A stretch of DNA of 64,000 nt from Deltaproteobacteria bacterium CG11_big_fil_rev_8_21_14_0_20_45_16 (lineage in GTDB: Bacteria; Bdellovibrionota; UBA2394), in contig PCXB01000037.1 in assembly GCA_002787535.1 (NCBI GenBank), positions 3,814 through 67,813 of the forward strand, written 5' to 3'. Each line of letters starts with the position of its first letter. The first letter of the stretch is position 1. Made by a program: the position numbers and the translations under genes. Shown here in pieces: positions 19,903 to 27,304 of the stretch. The notes under the pieces are model-generated. The model did not search any database. It saw nothing but the letters and a program-made list of their open reading frames with translations, and was not told where the DNA came from.

Positions 19903-20533
19903 CCCAAGCCTTTGGGAATCCCCCAAGAAATTTCGACATCGCTTTCAAGCCTTCGGAATGGGGCCGGATCACGCCAAAGCTCTCGCCCGAAAACTTAATT
20001 TACTCAACCCTTTTGGTCCCATTGTTGTTGTAGGAACAGCCGGCGCACTTCATCCTCAGCTCAAGGTCGGTGACTGTTTTATTGTTTCGCAATTATACAA
20101 TTCCGATTCCAAAACATGGATTCCCATTTCCTCTCCCTATCCCATTCAATTCCTACCTTCGGCCAAAGCCATCAGCCAAGATGGAATCCTTTCCCGTCCG
20201 AATGAAAAGTTGAAACTTTTTCAAAACACAGAAGCCGATATCGTCGACTGTGAAAGTTTTTATTTGTGGGATGAACTTAATGAAAGATTACGCTCAAAAT
20301 TGATCATCATTAGAGGCGTGGTGGATCGACAAAGAGATAATATCGATTTCTTCAATGGCTTTCGGCTGAATTTTACTAAATGCTCTCAACCCCTAAGTTT
20401 ATTTCGAATGCTACGGCTAGGATTGAATGCGCTTAAATACCAAAGGGAAATGAATCCATTTTTTTCCCGTTTAATGGAAATAATGGATTGGGACGAAAAC
20501 ACTGAGGCTAAGGCTCTTAAAAACGGTTTTTAG
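19886..20533 (+). CDS. Nucleosidase of the purine/uridine phosphorylase (PNP_UDP_1) family, MTA nucleosidase or futalosine hydrolase-like
   Basis: VVVGTAGAL glycine-rich loop and an ADIVDCESF acidic motif resemble the MTAN/MqnB family. Weak similarity judged by eye. Confidence 0.4.
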   Translation: MPLFFSPSLWESPKKFRHRFQAFGMGPDHAKALARKLNLLNPFGPIVVVGTAGALHPQLKVGDCFIVSQLYNSDSKTWIPISSPYPIQFLPSAKAISQDGILSRPNEKLKLFQNTEADIVDCESFYLWDELNERLRSKLIIIRGVVDRQRDNIDFFNGFRLNFTKCSQPLSLFRMLRLGLNALKYQREMNPFFSRLMEIMDWDENTEAKALKNGF

Positions 20534-20671
20534 CCGCCAGGGCGACCTGAAAGGATTCATCTCATTACTATATCTTGCTCACGATTTGCGTGCTAGTGCC
20601 TGCACCTATGCTCGAAATAATTCTAATAGTCTATTGGGTCAGATCGAGACGATCGGAACTCGGCTGCTGAC

Positions 20672-21466
20672 GTGAAACGCTTTGCACTTTTCATTTTTCT
20701 TTCGGTGATTTCCATGACGGGGCAAGTCGTTGCGGAAGCGGACGATCAAGCCCTAATGGAGAGGATAGCGCTCGATCCGGAAAGCTCGGTTTTACCCGTC
20801 TATCAGCACCGGCCGATTTATGGAATTTTAGGTCGGCATGATGCAAAAATTGCTTTTAGCTTCAAAGCAAAGATCATTGAGCCGGCGGACATTTATGTCG
20901 GCTATACCCAACTCATGATGTGGGATGTTTTTAATAAATCGGCCCCTCTTCGAGACGTAAATTTCAATCCAGAAATTTTTTACCGCTTTGCTTTTGGCAA
21001 TGATTCTGCCTACTGGTTTGACCTGGGATTTTATGAACATGAATCGAATGGATTCGATGGACGAAATAGCCGGTCATGGGATCGCAGCTATTTGCGATAT
21101 CATGGGTATTTTGAATTCAGTGATTTCTGGCATGTTCTTTGGAATTTTAAGGGCTGGTGGGGTTATCGATATGATCCGGGAAGCACTGATCTGATGAAAT
21201 ATCGAGGCGCCTGGGAATTTGATGTCACTCTTAAAAACCTAGTGAGCTGGATCTTCGCCGCTGATGATCTCAAATTGAGAATCTATCCTGGCGATAAATA
21301 CTATATGAACCCGCTGACTGGTGGGCAGGAGATTACTTTGCGTGGAAAAATTCGCGCAAAAAACTTTTTGCCCTATCTCATTTTTCAAATTTTTCACGGC
21401 TACGGAGAGAATCTCCTAGATTACAATCAAAATCATTGGTCCCTACGCGCCGGGATTGGGTATTAA
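20672..21466 (+). CDS. pldA: Outer-membrane phospholipase A (OMPLA)
   Basis: Signal peptide, a YTQxxxW motif, and a catalytic HESNG...SRSWDRSY (His-Ser-Asn) signature typical of PldA. GTG start. Confidence 0.8.
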   Translation: MKRFALFIFLSVISMTGQVVAEADDQALMERIALDPESSVLPVYQHRPIYGILGRHDAKIAFSFKAKIIEPADIYVGYTQLMMWDVFNKSAPLRDVNFNPEIFYRFAFGNDSAYWFDLGFYEHESNGFDGRNSRSWDRSYLRYHGYFEFSDFWHVLWNFKGWWGYRYDPGSTDLMKYRGAWEFDVTLKNLVSWIFAADDLKLRIYPGDKYYMNPLTGGQEITLRGKIRAKNFLPYLIFQIFHGYGENLLDYNQNHWSLRAGIGY

Positions 21467-21626
21467 ACTCAACAATAATCGACGTCGACCTTAGGTCTGT
21501 ATCTGTCCTCCACACGAGCGGCTAGGCTGCACCGGATAATCGAGAAGATTGTCATTGAGGCTGATCATAAAGCATTTTTTTGAATGCTCTGACCTTGACG
21601 GATCACTGAGTTGAAAGGGATTTTTT

Positions 21627-21782
21627 ATGTTAGGAACAATATTGCTGATCGTATTGATATTGATGCTGGTTGGGACCATTCCAACTTGGCCATACAGTCG
21701 AAGTTGGGGTTACGGACCCAGCGGTGGTATCGGAGTGATTTTGCTTATTCTAGTTGTTTTGCTTCTACTCGGAAAAATATAA
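21627..21782 (+). CDS. DUF3309 family small membrane protein (51 aa)
   Basis: MLGTILLIVLILMLVGTIPTWPYSRSWGYGPSGGIGVILLILVVLLLLGKI matches the conserved DUF3309 core TWPYSRxWGYxPSGG. A GGGA RBS sits 6 nt upstream. Absent from the ORF track because it is under 60 aa. Confidence 0.6.
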   Translation: MLGTILLIVLILMLVGTIPTWPYSRSWGYGPSGGIGVILLILVVLLLLGKI

Positions 21783-21819
21783 AATGAGCATCCTCTTGGG
21801 ATTTTGGTATTGGTGAAAT

Positions 21820-22104
21820 TTATCGATTCTTCATCGTGTTGCGAAGATTCCACTCCGATTCAACAAGTTTGATTTTGAAAAATCTATTGAAGTAAGTGTG
21901 CAAATCATAGATCCCGGAATATTTTTCTCGTCTTTGTTCCGAATTCAACGGACTGAGATTCATAATCTTATAAAACGATAAAACATCTTTCCACAAAGGA
22001 TGATACTTAGTGGGGTCCGTTAGACCGTGATTCTCAAAATGAGAAAGATAGTGAATAAGATCCGGAATGGCCGCATTAAGCTGCGCCTGCTCCCTTGATT
22101 GCAT
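21820..22104 (-). CDS. Hypothetical protein (94 aa)
   Basis: ORF only. No motif recognised. Confidence 0.3.
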   Translation of the reverse strand: MQSREQAQLNAAIPDLIHYLSHFENHGLTDPTKYHPLWKDVLSFYKIMNLSPLNSEQRREKYSGIYDLHTYFNRFFKIKLVESEWNLRNTMKNR

Positions 22105-22254
22105 AATTTCCCCCTTAAAAATTCATGGAGATACTAAGCAAGATAGGTGCCAGGGATTGGGCAAAAAAACTCAATCAAATCAGGGGCTATGCAGCTAGAC
22201 TGGCCCACAGAGACCCCAATTTAGGCTGATCGATCCCCGACATTAAAGACCCAA

Positions 22255-25200
22255 TTACATATTTCTTCGGTAGCGCCCACCAACTTCATAAAGCGCGTGG
22301 CTAATTTGACCGAGGCTGCATGACTTAACAGCTTCCATCAATTCTTCGAAGATGTTTTGATTTTCAAGAGCAGCACGCTTTAAGCGCTCGAGTGCTTCGG
22401 CGGATTCCTTCGAATGAAGATTTTGAAAATCTTTGAGATCCGTCAGCCTTCGCTTTTTCTCTTCAGCATTCGAACGCGATAGTTGAATATTTTCGTAGGA
22501 TTTTCGCTCTTCCGAAAGAAAAGTATTAACACCAACAATAGGCAATTCGCCGTTGTGCTTAAGCGTCTCGTAATGCAAGCTCTCTTCTTGAATCTTAGAA
22601 CGTTGATACTGCATTTCCATTGCACCCAAGACGCCTCCACGTGACGAAATTCTCTCAAACTCCGTTAAGACTGCCTCCTCAACAAGGTGGGTAAGAGCTT
22701 CCATAGCATAAGAGCCTTGCATAAAATTCTCGATCCGCGCTGGGCCAAATTCCTTTTCAATAATCATCTGAATGGCCATCGCTCGACGAACACTTTCTTC
22801 CGTCGGCGTCGTAATCGCTTCATCATAAGCATTGGTATGCAAGGAATTACAGTTATCAAATAGGGCTGTTAAAGCTTGAAGTGTGGTCCGAATATCATTG
22901 AATTCAATTTCGGCTGCGTGCAAGCTTCGACCAGAAGTCTGTATATGATATTTTAATTTTTGCGCGCGCTCATTAGCTCCATAGCGGTCTCGCATAGCGA
23001 TCGCCCAGATACGTCGCGCAACACGGCCGATTACAGAATACTCTGGATCCACACCATTACTAAAAAAATACGAAAGATTTGGCGCAAAGTCGTCGATGCT
23101 CATTCCACGAGCCAAATAATATTCAACGAGCGTAAATCCATTGGCCAAGGTGAAGGCCAGTTGCGAGATGGGATTAGCGCCCGCCTCCGCAATATGATAA
23201 CCAGAAATGCTGACCGAATAGTAATTCCGCACTTTCTTCCTTATAAAATACTCTTGGATATCCCCCATCATCTTTAAGGCAAATTCAGTTGAGAAGATGC
23301 AGGTATTTTGAGCCTGATCTTCTTTAAGAATATCAGCCTGAACGGTTCCTCTGACAGTCGTCAAAGTTTGATCACGAATGCTTTCATACTCATTTTGATT
23401 CGGCTGTCGCGAGTGTTTCGCAATAAATAGATCAACCTGCTGATCGATCGCCGTATTCATAAACATTGCTAGAATAATCGGGGCGGGCCCATTGATCGTC
23501 ATCGAAACCGAAGTATTAGAATCACAAAGATCAAAGCCTCGATACAGAATCTTCATATCATCGAGGGTCGCAATACTAACTCCCGACTCCCCCACTTTGC
23601 CAAAAATGTCCGGACGGATATCAGGATCTTCCCCATATAGAGTCACTGAATCAAAGGCGGTTGAAAGCCTTTTGGCCGGATCGTTACGCGTTAGGTAATG
23701 AAATCTCTCATTGGTCTTAGCGGGCGGACCTTCCCCCGCAAATTGTCGACGAGGATCTTCACCCCGGCGCTTAAATGGATAAATTCCGGCCGTAAAAGGA
23801 AAGTAGCCGGGAAGATTTTCCAACCGACAAAAATTTAAAATATCCTCCCAAGATTTTAATTGAGGGGCAACAACCCTCTTAAGAGACGATCCCGATAGGC
23901 TTATGAAATCTTGAGGCGCCTGAATGCATTTATCTCGCACTTTGTAGCTGACCATCGCATTTTGGTAATCACGGAAAATGCCGTCCCAATCCAAAATGCA
24001 TTGCTGACTGTCTTTGTCCAATTCCGAAAACTTAGCGTCCGCCTTCACCTTAAGACTGGAGTCTCCAGCCAAATGAGAGGCTTCTTTCAAAATATAAGCC
24101 TCGCGCGCCTTTTCAGCCTCCACACCCAGCTTCTTTTTGTAATCTCGAACAGATTTTGAAATTTCATTTAGATAAAAAATCCGATCTGGCGGGATGATAT
24201 AGCCTTCATAATGACTTTCTGTTTGAAATTCTTTGTTTGGCTTGGGGAATTTTGGATTCTTAACCTCAATCTCAGCCAGTATTTTTTGATAGAGCCTAGT
24301 AACTCCCAAATCATTAAAAATATTACAGCGCGTACCAAATACAGGAAGTTTCTCCGCTTCAACGTTCTGAAACATTTTGCGAGATCGACAATATTGCTTT
24401 TTGACTTCACGAAGAGCGTCTTCTGATCCTCGACGTTCAAATTTATTTACGGCTATAAAATCTGCAAAATCGATCATGTCGATTTTTTCGAGCTGCGTCG
24501 ACGCTCCATAGTCCGAGGTCATCACATAAAGACTCAGATCGCTAAACCGCGTAATGCTGCTAGATCCTTGTCCAATGCCCAGGGTTTCCACGATGATCAA
24601 ATCAAAATCGGCCCGCCGAGTGGCTTGCACCAATCGATCGATAGACTCGGCCACTTCGGAGTCGCTCCCTCGAGTAGCCAAAGATCGCATGAAAACTCGA
24701 TCGTCGTCGATTGAGTTCATCCGAATGCGATCACCGAGTAAGGCCCCTCCCGTTTTTTTCTTGGTCGGATCGATCGAATAAATGGCGATATGAATATCTG
24801 TATGTTCATGCAGAAGGCGAAGGACTAGCTCATCAACCAAAGAGCTTTTCCCTGCGCCACCTGTACCCGTAACGCCAAGAACGATCGGTGTTCGCTTGCC
24901 TACGCCTTTTAAATTAATTTCCTTACCTTGCTCCAAACTCGTAAGCGTTTGACCCCAAGTCTCAATCTCGAACTGAAGTTTAGGCTCTTTACGTTTAGAG
25001 CGTGCCTTGACACAGGCTTCGCACATCAATGTAGCCATGCCCTCAAGGCCAAGTTTCATCCCATCCTCAGGAAGAAATATGCGATTGACTCCATATTTTT
25101 GAAGCGCATCCCTTTCCTTGGGAAGAATAACACCACCACCGCCACCAAATAATTGAATGTGTTCCGCGGAATGTTCTTTAAGTAAATCTATGAGATATTG

Positions 25201-25452
25201 AAAATATTCATTGTGCCCGCCCTGATAGGAGCTGATGGCAATTCCATCCACGTCCTCTTGAATCGCCGCCCGGACAATTTCTTGAACGCCACGGTTGTGA
25301 CCAAGGTGAATTACCTCGCAACCCGCATCCTGCAAAACGCGACGAATCACGTTGATAGCCGCATCATGGCCGTCAAAAAGTGACGCCGCCGTGATAAATC
25401 TTAATGGGGTTTTGACTTGGGGTTTCAGGTGCTCTTTGGCTGCTTGAACCAT
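22255..25452 (-). CDS. icmF: Fused isobutyryl-CoA mutase IcmF (B12-binding domain, MeaB-like G-protein, mutase catalytic domain)
   Basis: N-terminal B12-binding domain (FITAASLFDGHDAAINVIRRVL...). Central P-loop GTPase (GVTGTGGAGKSSLVDEL) and a C-terminal methylmalonyl-CoA-mutase-like TIM barrel. The likely start is the ATG at 25452 (MVQAAKEH...); the track starts at a TTG at 25470. Confidence 0.85.
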   Translation of the reverse strand: MVQAAKEHLKPQVKTPLRFITAASLFDGHDAAINVIRRVLQDAGCEVIHLGHNRGVQEIVRAAIQEDVDGIAISSYQGGHNEYFQYLIDLLKEHSAEHIQLFGGGGGVILPKERDALQKYGVNRIFLPEDGMKLGLEGMATLMCEACVKARSKRKEPKLQFEIETWGQTLTSLEQGKEINLKGVGKRTPIVLGVTGTGGAGKSSLVDELVLRLLHEHTDIHIAIYSIDPTKKKTGGALLGDRIRMNSIDDDRVFMRSLATRGSDSEVAESIDRLVQATRRADFDLIIVETLGIGQGSSSITRFSDLSLYVMTSDYGASTQLEKIDMIDFADFIAVNKFERRGSEDALREVKKQYCRSRKMFQNVEAEKLPVFGTRCNIFNDLGVTRLYQKILAEIEVKNPKFPKPNKEFQTESHYEGYIIPPDRIFYLNEISKSVRDYKKKLGVEAEKAREAYILKEASHLAGDSSLKVKADAKFSELDKDSQQCILDWDGIFRDYQNAMVSYKVRDKCIQAPQDFISLSGSSLKRVVAPQLKSWEDILNFCRLENLPGYFPFTAGIYPFKRRGEDPRRQFAGEGPPAKTNERFHYLTRNDPAKRLSTAFDSVTLYGEDPDIRPDIFGKVGESGVSIATLDDMKILYRGFDLCDSNTSVSMTINGPAPIILAMFMNTAIDQQVDLFIAKHSRQPNQNEYESIRDQTLTTVRGTVQADILKEDQAQNTCIFSTEFALKMMGDIQEYFIRKKVRNYYSVSISGYHIAEAGANPISQLAFTLANGFTLVEYYLARGMSIDDFAPNLSYFFSNGVDPEYSVIGRVARRIWAIAMRDRYGANERAQKLKYHIQTSGRSLHAAEIEFNDIRTTLQALTALFDNCNSLHTNAYDEAITTPTEESVRRAMAIQMIIEKEFGPARIENFMQGSYAMEALTHLVEEAVLTEFERISSRGGVLGAMEMQYQRSKIQEESLHYETLKHNGELPIVGVNTFLSEERKSYENIQLSRSNAEEKKRRLTDLKDFQNLHSKESAEALERLKRAALENQNIFEELMEAVKSCSLGQISHALYEVGGRYRRNM

Positions 25453-25459
25453 CCCATGT

Positions 25460-25858
25460 TTATACTTCAATGGTACTCATTTGCTCAAGGCAACCTTCTG
25501 TGACAGCTCGTCCAATCATGAGCCCAAATTCCTTACGAAGATCTTCGCTAGGCCACAGAAACTCTATACCGACAATATTTTTGTCGAGCCCCAGCTGAGG
25601 CAGAAACTGACAATAGTGGACCACGCCATCGAGCGTAAGGGCCCTACCTCCGATTTCAAGAGAAACACGTACGTTGGGGTTCAAAAGGAGGCGAGCATCG
25701 CTCTTTCGGCTCAAAAAACTGCAACCACCCAAACTAAGACTTTGGATGCGGCTAAGCCGATCCATACCTTCGAGAATCTTCGCTTTGAATGCTAGCTCGC
25801 TTTTTACTCGGAACCTCGCCCACTTTCGACGACGGCGCTCCATTCTTCGATTACTCAT
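25460..25858 (-). CDS. PilZ-domain protein, a putative c-di-GMP receptor
   Basis: RRMERRRRKWAR (RxxxR) followed about 25 aa later by SLSLGGCSF (a D/NxSxxG-like motif). Good RBS (GAGG). The stop lies 7 nt before the icmF start. Confidence 0.55.
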   Translation of the reverse strand: MSNRRMERRRRKWARFRVKSELAFKAKILEGMDRLSRIQSLSLGGCSFLSRKSDARLLLNPNVRVSLEIGGRALTLDGVVHYCQFLPQLGLDKNIVGIEFLWPSEDLRKEFGLMIGRAVTEGCLEQMSTIEV

Positions 25859-25998
25859 AAAACCTCAGATCCTCTTCTAAAAAAGGGACCGCACACGACA
25901 CCTTCTAATAGTATAGCGGATAAAGAAGTCCTGGGGAGGTGGCCTAAGCTATTGGAAAGACTGAAACTGCCCTTAAGACCGCTGTTCAATTCTCGCTG

Positions 25999-26628
25999 TC
26001 ATGGCAACTCCTGAGGTTTTTTGAAAGCCTCAGTCTTGAATTCTAGCCAACTCTCCTCGGCCTTAAGCAGTTCATGATCGCATTGTTTCCGAATCATAAA
26101 GCGATACATCGAATTCGACTGTCTCACCAATTCATCAAAATAATTACGGTCAGATTCAATTACCGACGACAGTCTTTTCTGAAAGCGCTCAGCTCGATTA
26201 AAAGCTAAGGCGGCCAATTCGAGAGAATTATTTACATCACTATGAATACTCAAAAACGGATTATAAAAATCGATTCTCGCTCGAAGTGTATGAAGACGAA
26301 GCTCAACCAGAGGCTCCGAACTAAAATTTTCTACGACGCTTTCACCGTAAATCTCTTGATAAGAATTTTGAATTCGAAGCGACGACCGCCTCAACTCCGA
26401 AGCCAGGCGATCCGGCGTAACAAGCTCCAAAAGGCTCATATCTGTGAGTGCTAAAGCCTCTCGCTCTGTCTGCATTGCCAAATCAACGAGCAGCACCGGG
26501 TCAATATTTACGGACGAAAACCTCGTCAACACTTCACCTTTGGCCATTCGCTTAAACCGATCCGAAACAATACCCTTTACAAGCTGTCCTAAGACCTGAA
26601 GGTTTCGTTGCCGATAGTCCGACGTCAC
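25999..26628 (-). CDS. Hypothetical protein (209 aa), translationally coupled to grpE
   Basis: The GTG start overlaps the grpE TGA stop (GTGA). No recognisable motif and no HPD J-domain. Confidence 0.35.
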   Translation of the reverse strand: MTSDYRQRNLQVLGQLVKGIVSDRFKRMAKGEVLTRFSSVNIDPVLLVDLAMQTEREALALTDMSLLELVTPDRLASELRRSSLRIQNSYQEIYGESVVENFSSEPLVELRLHTLRARIDFYNPFLSIHSDVNNSLELAALAFNRAERFQKRLSSVIESDRNYFDELVRQSNSMYRFMIRKQCDHELLKAEESWLEFKTEAFKKPQELP

Positions 26629-27248
26629 ACTGATTTCTTTCCCACCACGACCTGCGAGGGGCGGATCAATTGCCCTTTATATTCATAACCAGCTTTCACA
26701 ACTTCGAGAATAACATCATCTTGTTCAGCTCTTTGAACAGCCAGGGCTTCATGCCGAACGGGATCAAAACTTTCGTTGATAGGATCGATCCGCTTGAGAC
26801 CTACGGATTGCAAAACATCCAGGAGCTGTTTTTGGATTAACTTAATTCCCTCATAAAAGGAGTCTTCTCTAGAAGGAGACGCATTCAAGCTTCTCTCAAA
26901 GTTATCTAAAATATCTAGAAAGGGCCGAAAAAAATTTGCCAGCCGAGACTGCACAAGCTGATCTTGATCCCGACGAGCCCGGTCGCGTATCTCAGAAATT
27001 TCTGTTTCCATCTTTTTTATATATTCACGAATATCAGCAACCTTTGTTTCATATTCCTGAACTTTGGATTTTAATCGTCCGATCTCATTTTCCTTCGATG
27101 CCAAATCAAACTGTAACCGCTCTCGCTCCGCCTTTAGATCGCGAACAGAGTCGGTGTCATTTTTTGCCGCCCCCTCGGAATCGTGAGAAGGCCTTTCTTC
27201 CTTATTTTTGAGGTCTTGATTTTCATCGTCTTCTCTAGGACTCTTCAT
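26625..27248 (-). CDS. grpE: Nucleotide exchange factor GrpE
   Basis: Charged coiled-coil N-terminus and a conserved GrpE C-terminal domain (FDPVRHEALAV...VVKAGYEYKGQLIRPSQVVV). Confidence 0.85.
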   Translation of the reverse strand: MKSPREDDENQDLKNKEERPSHDSEGAAKNDTDSVRDLKAERERLQFDLASKENEIGRLKSKVQEYETKVADIREYIKKMETEISEIRDRARRDQDQLVQSRLANFFRPFLDILDNFERSLNASPSREDSFYEGIKLIQKQLLDVLQSVGLKRIDPINESFDPVRHEALAVQRAEQDDVILEVVKAGYEYKGQLIRPSQVVVGKKSV

Positions 27249-27304
27249 ATGGATAAATTAGTGGTGAATGAGCTTTTGTCAATAATGGAGCCCCAGAGGA
27301 ACAT

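Noticed and set aside
22105-22254. A rho-independent terminator downstream of icmF
   Set aside because: There is only a weak, GC-poor stem before a T7 run on the minus strand. It is not convincing enough to annotate.
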